NCBI GenBank assembly: GCA_963774265.1
Contig: CAVZDU010000005.1
Coordinates: forward strand, 64,001-128,000
Direction: 5' to 3'
Length of the DNA stretch: 64,000 nt
Origin: an uncultured Chloroflexia bacterium
GTDB taxonomy: Bacteria; Chloroflexota; Anaerolineae; CG2-30-64-16
Within the stretch, counting starts at the first letter, position 1, and each line of letters opens with the position of its first letter. Below the pieces are notes generated by a model. The model worked only from the letters and a program-made list of their open reading frames with translations, ran no database searches and was not told the origin of the DNA. Positions 1 through 9,365 of this stretch are shown in pieces. The translations under genes and the position numbers were made by a program.

Positions 1-480
1 GCGGCCACTACGGCAAACGTCGTCATGGCCACCGACGGCAGCGGGAATTTCGCGTTCCCCAAGCTCTATCCCGGCATCGACGGCTTGTTTGCCGTGGGCA
101 AACTTCTGGAATTGCTGGCCCATCAACACACCACCCTATCCAAGGTCATCGCAGCGCTGCCACCGTTTAACGTCGCTGCGGGCGTCGTCGAGGGCTCGTG
201 GGAGAGCAAGGGCCGCGTGATGCGCTGCCTGATCGATCAGTTCTCCAAAATGCAGCACGAAACCGTGGATGGCATCAAGGTGCATCTTGGGGATCATGAG
301 TGGGTGTTGATCCGGCCCGACAACGATACAACGGTATTCCATCTCACGGCTGAAGCGAAGTCTTTCCCTTCCGCACAAGAGCTGATCGCCGATTACGGCG
401 GCTTAGTTCAGCGGTATATTCAAGATCCATGCGCTCCCCCCAAAGAACTACCGCACGGCAGAGACGGGCGCCAGAGCTGA
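1..480 (+). CDS. C-terminal part of a phosphomannomutase-like protein (probably mannose-1-phosphate guanylyltransferase/PMM fusion), 5' truncated by window edge
   Basis: PGM/PMM domain IV motif DGIKV..WVLIRPD, DGLFAVGKLLE; frame open from window start; adjacent to a PGM/PMM gene. Confidence 0.75.
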   Translation, partial: AATTANVVMATDGSGNFAFPKLYPGIDGLFAVGKLLELLAHQHTTLSKVIAALPPFNVAAGVVEGSWESKGRVMRCLIDQFSKMQHETVDGIKVHLGDHEWVLIRPDNDTTVFHLTAEAKSFPSAQELIADYGGLVQRYIQDPCAPPKELPHGRDGRQS

Positions 481-514
481 AATCATCACCCTGTTCCTAA
501 GAGGTATTTAACCG

Positions 515-1963
515 ATGTCCATTACTTTTGGGACTGACGGCTGGCGTGCCGTCATCAGCGACGAATTTACGTTTGCCAATGTGCGACGCGTTGCGCAAGC
601 CATTGCCGAGGTGCTGCTCGAAAATGCGGCCGGCCGCGATGCGGTGAATGAGCGGCCGTTGGCCGTGGTTGGTTTCGATACGCGTTTCCTCTCGGATCGC
701 TACGCGCGCGCGGTGGCCGAGGTGCTGGCGGCAAACGGGCTGGATGTCGCTCTGGCAAAAGCCGATGCGCCAACGCCGGCTATCTCGTTCGCGGTTCCCA
801 ACCTTGGCGCGATCGGTGGCGTCATGATCACTGCCAGTCACAATCCGCCGCGCTACAACGGCATTAAACTTAAGTCGGCTCACGGCGGCAGCGCGAGGGT
901 GTCTGACACAAAGCGCGTGGAAGCCAAGATTGCCGAGGCGTTGGCCGAGGACCGCGAGCCGCAGCGGATGGAGATCGATGTCGCCTTGAGCGAGGGCCGC
1001 GTCACTCGTTTTGACCCGTTTGATGCATACGCCGACCACCTGCGCGGACTGATCGACTTTCGGACGATCCACCGGGCGAAGTTGCGCGTGGCGGTGGATG
1101 CCATGTACGGCGCTGGGCGCGGCTACCTCAAACGACTACTCGAAGAGGGCGGTTGCGACGTCATCGAGATCCGGGGGGAGATGAACCCCGGCTTCAACGG
1201 CATCCATCCGGAACCCATCGCAAAGCACCTGGGGCCGCTGATGGAACTCGTGCCGAATGGCGGTTTCGACCTGGGGCTGGCGACCGACGGAGATGCGGAC
1301 CGCATCGGCGCTGTTGGCCCGAGTGGTCGCTTCATCGACCCGCACTGCATCATGACGCTCGCCTTGCGCCATCTGGTCGAGACGCGCGAGTTGCGCGGTT
1401 CGGTGGTCAAGACGGTATCCACCACCCAGATGCTCAACCGGCTGGCCCGCCAATACAATCTACCGCTTCACGAAACACCGGTCGGCTTCAACTATATCGG
1501 CGATCTGATGATGGCCGAGGATGTCCTCATCGGTGGTGAGGAATCCGGCGGCATCAGTATCAAGGGCCATATTCCCGAGGGTGATGGTGTGCTAATGGGG
1601 CTGCTGCTGACTGAGTTGGTGGCCACCAACGGCAAGTCACCCGAGGCGCTGTTGGACGAGGTGATGGGCGAAATCGGCCACTTCGAGTATGCACGCAACG
1701 ATTTCAAGGTGAAGCCTTTTGAGAAGAAGGCATTGGTGTCGAGCCTGGTCGCAATGGCGCCGTCTTCGCTGGGCGGCATTGCGTTGGCATCCGTCAATAC
1801 GCGCGATGGTGTGAAGTACGTTCTGACCGATGATAGCTGGCTGCTCATCCGCCCCTCGGGCACCGAGCCGGTGCTGCGCGTCTACGCCGAGGCCCACACG
1901 CAGGACACTGTCCAGGCACTGCTCGCTGAGGGTCGTGCGCTCGCCGACGCAGCTGGGGCCTAA
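515..1963 (+). CDS. Phosphoglucomutase/phosphomannomutase family protein
   Basis: FGTDGWR, TASHNP (phosphoserine), DGDADR (metal loop), GEESGG, IRPSGTEP motifs. Confidence 0.95.
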   Translation: MSITFGTDGWRAVISDEFTFANVRRVAQAIAEVLLENAAGRDAVNERPLAVVGFDTRFLSDRYARAVAEVLAANGLDVALAKADAPTPAISFAVPNLGAIGGVMITASHNPPRYNGIKLKSAHGGSARVSDTKRVEAKIAEALAEDREPQRMEIDVALSEGRVTRFDPFDAYADHLRGLIDFRTIHRAKLRVAVDAMYGAGRGYLKRLLEEGGCDVIEIRGEMNPGFNGIHPEPIAKHLGPLMELVPNGGFDLGLATDGDADRIGAVGPSGRFIDPHCIMTLALRHLVETRELRGSVVKTVSTTQMLNRLARQYNLPLHETPVGFNYIGDLMMAEDVLIGGEESGGISIKGHIPEGDGVLMGLLLTELVATNGKSPEALLDEVMGEIGHFEYARNDFKVKPFEKKALVSSLVAMAPSSLGGIALASVNTRDGVKYVLTDDSWLLIRPSGTEPVLRVYAEAHTQDTVQALLAEGRALADAAGA

Positions 1964-2006
1964 CCCTAGGTCGAGACGTTCGCCGAAGGTGTTTCACTTT
2001 CCCCCT

Positions 2007-2044
2007 CTAACGCAACACTAACAACCCGCTTACACTCATCTAAT
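2007..2044 (+). promoter_or_regulatory. Four phased pentamers (CTAAC/CTAAC/CTTAC/CTAAT, 11-bp period) upstream of dnaK; candidate OmpR/PhoB-family binding array
   Basis: Pentamers start at 2007, 2018, 2029, 2040. Confidence 0.5.
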
Positions 2045-2093
2045 GCCCTCATCGTAACATGCAGTAGGTAATGCAGCGATGAGGAGTCAGACA

Positions 2094-3992
2094 ATGAGTA
2101 AAGTAGTGGGTATTGATTTGGGCACCACCAACAGTGTCGTAGCTGTGGTGGAAGGCGGGGATGCCGTCGTCATCCCGAGCGCGGAGGGTGGCCGGCTCGT
2201 GCCTTCAATCGTGGCTTTCACAAAAAACGGTGAGCGATTGGTCGGTCAGACCGCGAAGCGGCAGTCTGTCGTCAATCCTGAGAATACGGTGTTTTCGATC
2301 AAGCGCTTCATGGGGCGTCACTATAGCGAGACCGCAACTGAGCGCGGGACCATTCCCTATAAGGTCATCGAAGGCAAGTCGGGCGATGTGCGCGTGAAGA
2401 TTCCTGTGAATGGGAAGGAATATACCCCGCAGGAGATCTCAGGCATGATCCTGGGCAAGCTCAAGGCTGACGCCGAGGCATACCTGGGTGAGCCGGTCAC
2501 GCAGGCCGTGATTACGGTGCCGGCCTATTTCAATGACAGCCAGCGCCAGGCAACCAAGGACGCAGGCAAGATCGCGGGCCTGGATGTGCTGCGCATCATC
2601 AACGAACCGACCGCAGCTGCGTTGGCGTACGGGCTTGACAAGAAGGATAGCGAGACCATCCTCGTCTTTGACCTGGGCGGTGGCACCTTCGATGTCTCCA
2701 TCCTCGAGGTGGGCGACGGCGTGGTCGAGGTGAAGGCCACTAATGGCGATACGCACCTGGGCGGCGACGACTGGGACCAGCGGCTGGTGGACTTCATCGC
2801 CGATGAGTTCAAGAAGGAAAACGGCATCGATCTGCGGAACGACCGGCAGGCGCTGCAGCGGCTCAAGGAAGCGGCCGAGAAGGCTAAAATTGAGCTGTCA
2901 ACAGTGATGGAGACGGAAGTCAACCTGCCCTTCATCACGGCGGATGCCGGCGGTCCCAAGCATCTTCAGACAAAACTGGCGCGGTCCAAGTTCGAGCAAT
3001 TGACCGAAGATCTGTTGGGACGCTGCAAAATGCCGTTCGAGCAGGCGTTGCGCGATGCGAAGCTGAAGTCCAGCGACATCGATGAGGTTGTGCTGGTTGG
3101 TGGTTCCACCCGTATGCCGATGGTGCAGGAGCTGGTGCGCCGGCTGACGGGCAAGGAGCCTAATCGTGGCGTGAATCCCGATGAGGTGGTGGCACTCGGC
3201 GCGGCGCTGCAAGGCGGCGTGTTGAGCGGTGAGGTCAAGGATGTCTTGTTGCTGGACGTGACCCCGTTGACCCTGGGCGTCGAGACCCTGGGCAACGTGT
3301 TGACCCCGATCATCGAGCGCAACACGACCATCCCGGTGAAGAAGAGCCAGATCTTCAGCACGGCGGAAGACAACCAGGGCGCGGTGACTATCCACGTCCT
3401 GCAGGGCGAGCGACCGATGGCGGTGGATAACATGTCGCTGGGGCAGTTCAACCTGGAGGGTATTGCGCCGGCGCCACGGGGCCTGCCGCAAATCGAGGTG
3501 ACATTCGACATCGATGCGAACGGCATCCTGAACGTCAGCGCACAGGATAAGGCAACCGGCAAAGAGCAGAAGATCACCGTCACTGCGTCGACGAACCTTA
3601 ACAAGGAGGACGTCGATCGGATGGTGCGCCAGGCTGAGATCAACAAGGCGGCCGATCAGCGGCGCAAGGAATTGATTGAGGCGCGCAACCATGCTGACCA
3701 GATGGCTTACGTGACCGAACGCAGCCTGAAGGACCTGGATGGCAAGGTCGGCGGCGACGATCGGCGTGCGCTGGAGCAACTGATCGCAGAGGTGCGCCGC
3801 ACCGCCCAGGGCGAGGATGTGACGGCCATCCGGGACGCGATGCAGCGCCTGGAGCAGGCCGCGAGCCGCATTTCGCAAGGCGCGTACGATCAGGCCAGCG
3901 ACGGTGCCAGCGATGGCAATGGAAACGGTTCGTACGGTTCCCGGGAGCGCGGTTCTGACGATGTCGTCGAGGGCGAGTACCGGCAGGTCTGA
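2094..3992 (+). CDS. dnaK: Chaperone DnaK (Hsp70)
   Basis: [33 protein letters not shown] motifs; GAGGAG RBS before ATG 2094. Confidence 0.98.
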   Translation: MSKVVGIDLGTTNSVVAVVEGGDAVVIPSAEGGRLVPSIVAFTKNGERLVGQTAKRQSVVNPENTVFSIKRFMGRHYSETATERGTIPYKVIEGKSGDVRVKIPVNGKEYTPQEISGMILGKLKADAEAYLGEPVTQAVITVPAYFNDSQRQATKDAGKIAGLDVLRIINEPTAAALAYGLDKKDSETILVFDLGGGTFDVSILEVGDGVVEVKATNGDTHLGGDDWDQRLVDFIADEFKKENGIDLRNDRQALQRLKEAAEKAKIELSTVMETEVNLPFITADAGGPKHLQTKLARSKFEQLTEDLLGRCKMPFEQALRDAKLKSSDIDEVVLVGGSTRMPMVQELVRRLTGKEPNRGVNPDEVVALGAALQGGVLSGEVKDVLLLDVTPLTLGVETLGNVLTPIIERNTTIPVKKSQIFSTAEDNQGAVTIHVLQGERPMAVDNMSLGQFNLEGIAPAPRGLPQIEVTFDIDANGILNVSAQDKATGKEQKITVTASTNLNKEDVDRMVRQAEINKAADQRRKELIEARNHADQMAYVTERSLKDLDGKVGGDDRRALEQLIAEVRRTAQGEDVTAIRDAMQRLEQAASRISQGAYDQASDGASDGNGNGSYGSRERGSDDVVEGEYRQV

Positions 3993-4010
3993 TAACGGGG
4001 TGCTACAGGT

Positions 4011-4065
4011 AAAAAGGCGACTGGCGCACACGGAACTTTTCCGTGGCGCCAGTCGTTTTGCCTTG
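4011..4065 (+). terminator. Hairpin terminator after dnaK
   Basis: GGCGACTGGCGC-ACACGGAA..TTCCGTG-GCGCCAGTCGTT inverted repeat flanked by A/T runs. Confidence 0.75.
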
Positions 4066-4157
4066 TTATGTCGGCCAATTGTCGGCCGCGTAACAGGGTT
4101 GTCGATGGCTAGTTTGTTATAATCTGATTATCACGTGAGTCGCAGAGGAGAGATACT

Positions 4158-4842
4158 ATGTACTTTGATCCCATGTATTTGGTCTTCATGGCGCCGGCGC
4201 TGCTGCTGGCGTTTTTTGCCCAAATGAAGGTGCGCCGCGCGTACGCCACCTACACCAAGACACCCAACTCGCGCGGGCTAACCGGGCTAGATGCGGCGCG
4301 GCATGATCCTCGGCCCCGAGGGCCTTGGTGACGTGCAAGTCGAGGGTACGCCCGGCGAGTTGACCGACCACTACGACCCGCGATCCAAGAAGTTGGCCCT
4401 GTCCGCGGGCGTGGCCCAACAGCCGAGCGTTGCTTCGCTGGCAATCGTCGCACACGAAATCGGGCATGCGTTGCAGGACCACCAGGGCTATGCGCCGCTG
4501 AAGCTGCGCGGGGCCATCGTGCCGGCTGTGCAGGTCAGCGTGTGGGTCGCACCGTTGCTCTTCTTTGCCGGGCTCTTGTTAGGCATGACCCAGCTTGCGT
4601 GGGTGGGCGTGATCCTGTTCGGTGCGAGCGTGGTCTTCGCGTTGGTCACGCTGCCCGTCGAGTTTGACGCGAGCCGCCGGGCGCTGGGCCTGCTGCAGAG
4701 CTACAGCCTGGCCGATGGTCGGGAGCTCCAGGGCGCGAAGGCGGTGCTCGATGCAGCCGCCCTGACTTACGTGGCCGCCCTTGCGCAGACCTTGATGACG
4801 CTGCTATACTACGTTTCGATTTTGGGCCGCCGCCGCGACTGA
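4158..4842 (+). CDS. YugP-like neutral zinc metallopeptidase (Zn_peptidase_2), one frameshift near 4300
   Basis: ATG 4158 with GAGGAG RBS gives MYFDPMYLVF...; downstream frame has LTDHYDP, AHEIGHALQ, LPVEFDASRRA, AALTYVAA. Confidence 0.88.
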
Positions 4843-4853
4843 GACGGAGGGCC

Positions 4854-6170
4854 ATGAGGAGGACTTTGATGAGGCGTTCCCGAACTCTGGCTCTGGTTGT
4901 GGCACTACTGGCGCTCAGTCTTGCCTTGACGGGCTGCGGCCTGATTACAACATCGGCTCGGTTGCTCTCTGACACAGCCGCAACGCCGACGCCGGTCGTG
5001 CGCCCGACGCGTTTGCCCCTGGCCACGCCCGTGCCCTTTGCGCAGGCCGAGGAGCCCGCGCAGCAGGCCCCTGCCCAACAGGCGCCGGCTCAACTGGCGG
5101 CGCCTGCGCCTGCCCCGATCACCATCGCGCCCGGCGCGGATACCGAGACTGATATCTACACAGCCGTGTATCGTAAAGTCAGCCCGTCGGTCGTGCGTAT
5201 CGACAACCTCACGACGATATCGCAAAATCTCAGTTCGGGTGACACACTGCCCGAGAGCCAGGGTTCCGGGTGGATATGGGACACAAATGGCTATATTGTT
5301 ACGAATCACCACGTGGTTGAGGGTGCGGATGCGTTGTCGGTGACTTTCGCAGACGGCGTCGAGATGCCGGCCGAACTGGTTGGTTCGAATGCCGACAGTG
5401 ACCTGGCCGTCATCCGGATCGATTCGACGCTGGTGCAGCTTGTCCCTGCTGAGCGCGGAAGGCTGGACGAGGTCGTGGTGGGGCAGCGTGCGATCGCTAT
5501 CGGCAATCCATTCGGTTATGACAACAGCATGACCACGGGCATTGTGAGTGCGTTGGGGCGCAGCATTGAGTCGCAGACCGGCTACAGCATCCCGCTCGCG
5601 ATTCAAACAGACGCGGCGATTAACCCGGGCAATTCGGGCGGTCCGTTGCTCAACGAGCGCGGCCAGGTGATCGGCGTCAACTTCCTCATCCGCTCAGCGG
5701 TAGCGAGCAGCTCAGGTGTTGGGTTTGCCATCCCGGTCAATATCGTGGAGCGCGTGGTCCCATCCCTGATCGAGACCGGTGAGTACCACCACGCGTGGCT
5801 CGGCGTCAGCGGCAGGACCTACAGCCCGGCGTGGGCAGGTGCGTTGGGGTTTCCCCAGGAGGCGCGCGGCGCTTACGTGATGGCCGTGATCCAGAATGGC
5901 CCATCGCAGCGAGCCGGCTTGCGCGGCGGCAGCCGAGACACCAATATTCCGTTGGCAGCCGGCACGGGCGGGGTGCTCTACCTGCAGCGTGGCGGTGACC
6001 TGATCGTCGGCATCGACGATCAGCCCGTCACCACATTTGACGACATCCTGATCTACCTGGAGAGCTACAAGTCGCCTGGCGACAAAGTGCAATTACGCTT
6101 TCTGCGGGCCGGCCAGGACGAGCAAACCCTGACCGTGACCCTTGGTGATCGGCCAGCAACCTCCCCGTGA
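4854..6170 (+). CDS. HtrA/DegP-like serine protease lipoprotein with PDZ domain
   Basis: Lipobox LTGC, TNHHV, DSDLAV, GNSGGPL, C-terminal PDZ. Confidence 0.93.
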   Translation: MRRTLMRRSRTLALVVALLALSLALTGCGLITTSARLLSDTAATPTPVVRPTRLPLATPVPFAQAEEPAQQAPAQQAPAQLAAPAPAPITIAPGADTETDIYTAVYRKVSPSVVRIDNLTTISQNLSSGDTLPESQGSGWIWDTNGYIVTNHHVVEGADALSVTFADGVEMPAELVGSNADSDLAVIRIDSTLVQLVPAERGRLDEVVVGQRAIAIGNPFGYDNSMTTGIVSALGRSIESQTGYSIPLAIQTDAAINPGNSGGPLLNERGQVIGVNFLIRSAVASSSGVGFAIPVNIVERVVPSLIETGEYHHAWLGVSGRTYSPAWAGALGFPQEARGAYVMAVIQNGPSQRAGLRGGSRDTNIPLAAGTGGVLYLQRGGDLIVGIDDQPVTTFDDILIYLESYKSPGDKVQLRFLRAGQDEQTLTVTLGDRPATSP

Positions 6171-6233
6171 GGCTCGACGGATCGATCACGCGTTGCCTAA
6201 CCGCCCGGCGATAGGGTCGCCGGGCGGCTTAAT

Positions 6234-7463
6234 GTGGGAAACATGTTGATGATACGACGAAATGCCGGCTTCGTCACTGCCGTCTTCGCAAGCATCTTCG
6301 TGCTTGCCGGTTGCAGCGCGCTGCCGGGATTGCTTGAGCTAGGCCAGGCTGTCGCGACGCAAGCCCCTCCTACGCCACAAGTCGTCGTGGTCATTGCGAC
6401 GCCCACGCCTGTGCCACTGGCTCCGGTCTCGGAGGCGATTAGCAGCGCTGACACCGAAGAAGCGCGGCGCGTTGCCATCTATGAGCAAGTCGCGCCCGCG
6501 GTTGTCAATATCACGACCCAGGTCTTGCGCTCCGACTTCTTCTGGGGTGCAACGCCAGAAGAAGGCAGCGGCTCCGGCTTTCTGTGGGATCATGCGGGGC
6601 ACGTGGTGACCAATTACCACGTGATCGAGGATGCGCAGGAGATATCGGTTAGCTTCGGGGACGACGTGATCCTGACTGCGACTGTTGTCGGTGTGGATCC
6701 GCAGAATGACCTGGCGGTCCTGCGGGCCGATGGGACGATCCCAGCCGGCGTACAGCCCATCCCGGTCGGCGCTTCTAGCAGCCTCAAGGTGGGTCAATCG
6801 GCCATCGCGATCGGCAACCCGTTCGGCCAGTTCGAGCGCACGATGACCGAGGGCATCATCAGCGCGCTTAATCGGACCATCGAAACGGAAAGCACGGTGC
6901 TGCGCGGGGTGATCCAGACGGACGCGGCGATCAACCGCGGCAACTCCGGCGGGCCGCTCCTCGATTCGAGCGGCCGGCTGATCGGCGTCAATTCGGCCAT
7001 CTACTCGCCCACGGGGACATCGGCGGGGGTGGCGCTGGCGATTCCGGTAGACAAGGTGAGCCGCGTCGTTCCGGCCCTGATTGAGAACGGCCGCTACCCG
7101 CATCCGTGGCTGGGCTTGGAAGAGCTGGGCTATGAGATTTCGCCCGCGCTGGCGCGCGCGTTGCGTCTACCTGTGGAGCAGGGGCTGCTGATCGCCCGCA
7201 TCTACCGGGACAGCCCGGCGGATCAGGCCGGGGTGCGTAGCGCGCGGGAAGAAGTGATCTTCGGCAACCGGCGTTATCTGGTTGGGGGTGATGTGCTGAC
7301 CGCGATCGATGGCCGGCCGTTGACGACCTGGGAGCAGCTCAACGCGTACCTGGATGAGGGTGCGAGCGTCGGGCAGACGGTGACGCTCGATCTCCTGCGC
7401 GATGGGGAGGCGATACAGGTGCAGGCAACGCTGGAGGATACGCCGGAGTCGCTGCAGCAGTAG
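6234..7463 (+). CDS. Second HtrA/DegP-like serine protease lipoprotein with PDZ domain
   Basis: Lipobox LAGC, TNYHV, DLAVL, GNSGGPL, PDZ. Confidence 0.93.
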   Translation: MGNMLMIRRNAGFVTAVFASIFVLAGCSALPGLLELGQAVATQAPPTPQVVVVIATPTPVPLAPVSEAISSADTEEARRVAIYEQVAPAVVNITTQVLRSDFFWGATPEEGSGSGFLWDHAGHVVTNYHVIEDAQEISVSFGDDVILTATVVGVDPQNDLAVLRADGTIPAGVQPIPVGASSSLKVGQSAIAIGNPFGQFERTMTEGIISALNRTIETESTVLRGVIQTDAAINRGNSGGPLLDSSGRLIGVNSAIYSPTGTSAGVALAIPVDKVSRVVPALIENGRYPHPWLGLEELGYEISPALARALRLPVEQGLLIARIYRDSPADQAGVRSAREEVIFGNRRYLVGGDVLTAIDGRPLTTWEQLNAYLDEGASVGQTVTLDLLRDGEAIQVQATLEDTPESLQQ

Positions 7464-7477
7464 TAGCGCGAAGCATC

Positions 7478-7543
7478 TAAGGTGCCCGGCACTTCGAAAA
7501 GTGCCGGGCACCTCACCTAGCCCGAGAAGTGCCGGGCACCTTA
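7478..7543. repeat. REP-like palindrome AGGTGCCCGGCACT-TCGAAA-AGTGCCGGGCACCT plus an extra half-copy
   Basis: Perfect 14-bp arms at 7480-7493 and 7500-7513, third arm 7527-7543; same family at 9343/10862 and 21421. Confidence 0.85.
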
Positions 7544-7604
7544 GCCTCTGGAGATGCTGCAGCGCTGGACGCGCCGGGATCGCTTTCGCACCAACCCACA
7601 CACC

Positions 7605-8216
7605 TCAGGCTTGTATTCCCACCAACACCAGTGGGACGGCCGGCACCCCTCGTCCCTGCCGGATTACGTTGTACAGTTCCCCTTCATAGTAAGAAACACC
7701 GGAGCTCATTTGCTGCTGAAGCGTTTTCATCGGCAGTATCTCGATGCCGACATCGATCTGATCGCCCACGTAGAAGGCCAGGTGCTTGACGAACAAGTCA
7801 TAAGCTACGAACGAGTATTTGCCGAACTGCACCTCGATGGCGACGCGATCTTTGACGAAATCCGTCTGGTTGTAACTGTGAATTGGGATTTCGCCTGCAG
7901 CTTCAATCGCCGCCTTCTGTTCGGCCGCACTCATGGTCAGTGTCTTGCGGATAAGTTTTTCGCTGCGCGTCACCCAGTAGCTCACTCGACTTTCACTCCA
8001 TCCTCGGGCACGCAGCAGACGATTGAAGCTGGTGTTGAGATCGACCGGGCTGTAGAGCAGCTTGCCCAGGGTTCGGACCTCCTTTGAGACCTTTGTCCTA
8101 CACTGCTCTGCGTCGACGGCTTCTATAACGGTCTGGACTTCTTCCCAAAGGGCGGGCCGTCTGACGAGGAGGAATTCGAGCCCGTTCAGGTGCGAATAGG
8201 TCTCAGCTATCTTCAT
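7605..8216 (-). CDS. BglII/BstYI-family type II restriction endonuclease
   Basis: QTDFVKDRVAIEVQFGK (D..ExQ catalytic motif), IDVGIEI; overlaps methyltransferase gene. Confidence 0.85.
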   Translation of the reverse strand: MKIAETYSHLNGLEFLLVRRPALWEEVQTVIEAVDAEQCRTKVSKEVRTLGKLLYSPVDLNTSFNRLLRARGWSESRVSYWVTRSEKLIRKTLTMSAAEQKAAIEAAGEIPIHSYNQTDFVKDRVAIEVQFGKYSFVAYDLFVKHLAFYVGDQIDVGIEILPMKTLQQQMSSGVSYYEGELYNVIRQGRGVPAVPLVLVGIQA

Positions 8217-9159
8217 CTTCTTCGTAGCCCCCTTGTCGCTCCAGGAGCGTCAGTTGCGCCTCGGTCGGATTGGGCTCCCAGGGAACCGCGGTCAGGGGAT
8301 TGCCGGCTGACTTAGGATCGTAGACTGGCCGGTTCATCGGGCGAGTGCGCAGCGTGCCTGCCAGTCCGCGGCGGATACGATCTTTGGCGAGTTCGACGTA
8401 CTGGGGAAAGATCTCAGCGCCAGCGGCGCGGCGTCCGTGAAAAACGGCTGCAATCACCGATGTGCCTGTGCCAAGGAACGGATCAAGCACCCAGTCGTCC
8501 TCGTTGGTCATTGACAACACAAGCCGTTCGATGAGTTCAACCGGAAATTGGCAGGGGTGGTCGGTTTTCTCGACATGATTGCTTTTGACGTTTGGGATGA
8601 TCCATACATCGCCCGGGTTCTTGCCTAAAGGATTGCCAGAGTACTGCCCAGCATTGGGTCCCTTGAAGTGCTTCTTGCCAGGATACTTCTGTGGCACGCG
8701 GATCGGGTCGAGATTGAAGACATAATCGTCACTCTTAGTGAACCACATGATCGTCTCGTAGCGGCCCGAAAACCGATTGCTGCAGTGGAGCCCGTGTTCG
8801 AAATGCCAGACGATACGGTTGCGCATACGCAGCCCGAGGCGGCTAAAAAGGGGATAAAGGATTGTGTCGAGGGGGATGATCGAGCCGCGATCCACATAGT
8901 TGCCCACCTGCCAGCAGATGCTGCCAGCGGGCCGTAACACCCGCACACTCTCTTCAATGACGCGTGCCTGCTGCTCTACATAACGATCAAGATCCAGTCG
9001 TTTTTCGTACTCCTTGCCGATATTATAGGGCGGAGAGGTAACGACAAGCTGGACGGTGGCGCGAGGGATCGTGCGCAGGAAATCCAGGCAATCGCCGGGA
9101 TATACCACCACACGTGCTTGTTCTTCAAAAGCATCAGCGATGGGGACTGTCTCAAACAT
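8203..9159 (-). CDS. N4-cytosine/N6-adenine DNA methyltransferase, beta class
   Basis: TSPPY catalytic motif precedes HPCQFP and LDPFLGTGT SAM-binding motif. Confidence 0.93.
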   Translation of the reverse strand: MFETVPIADAFEEQARVVVYPGDCLDFLRTIPRATVQLVVTSPPYNIGKEYEKRLDLDRYVEQQARVIEESVRVLRPAGSICWQVGNYVDRGSIIPLDTILYPLFSRLGLRMRNRIVWHFEHGLHCSNRFSGRYETIMWFTKSDDYVFNLDPIRVPQKYPGKKHFKGPNAGQYSGNPLGKNPGDVWIIPNVKSNHVEKTDHPCQFPVELIERLVLSMTNEDDWVLDPFLGTGTSVIAAVFHGRRAAGAEIFPQYVELAKDRIRRGLAGTLRTRPMNRPVYDPKSAGNPLTAVPWEPNPTEAQLTLLERQGGYEEDEDS

Positions 9160-9365
9160 GACGCCTCGTCAACCGGATCGCCTCCCGGAGGCGAGCACAG
9201 CATCGGGAATGGGTGACTATCTTAGGGCAAGTATACCCCCCAGAGATAGATCCTGCCAATGCTGCCGGCATCGCGCCACTTGTTGCTGGAGGTGATCTGG
9301 AGGGAAGGGTGTGGAATCAGGGGAGTTCCTGCTTGTGCGTATAGGTGCCCGGCACTCCGAAAAGT

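Noticed and set aside
1964-2093. CIRCE element before dnaK
   Set aside because: No TTAGCACTC-N9-GAGTGCTAA match.
2898-4031. Long antisense ORFs (also 31763-33274, 48208-49392, 26091-27401)
   Set aside because: Shadow frames of high-GC coding genes with no recognisable motifs.
7605-9159. Assigning AGATCT specificity to the R-M system
   Set aside because: Family resemblance does not fix the target; AGATCT sites occur in the window; needs REBASE comparison or methylome data.
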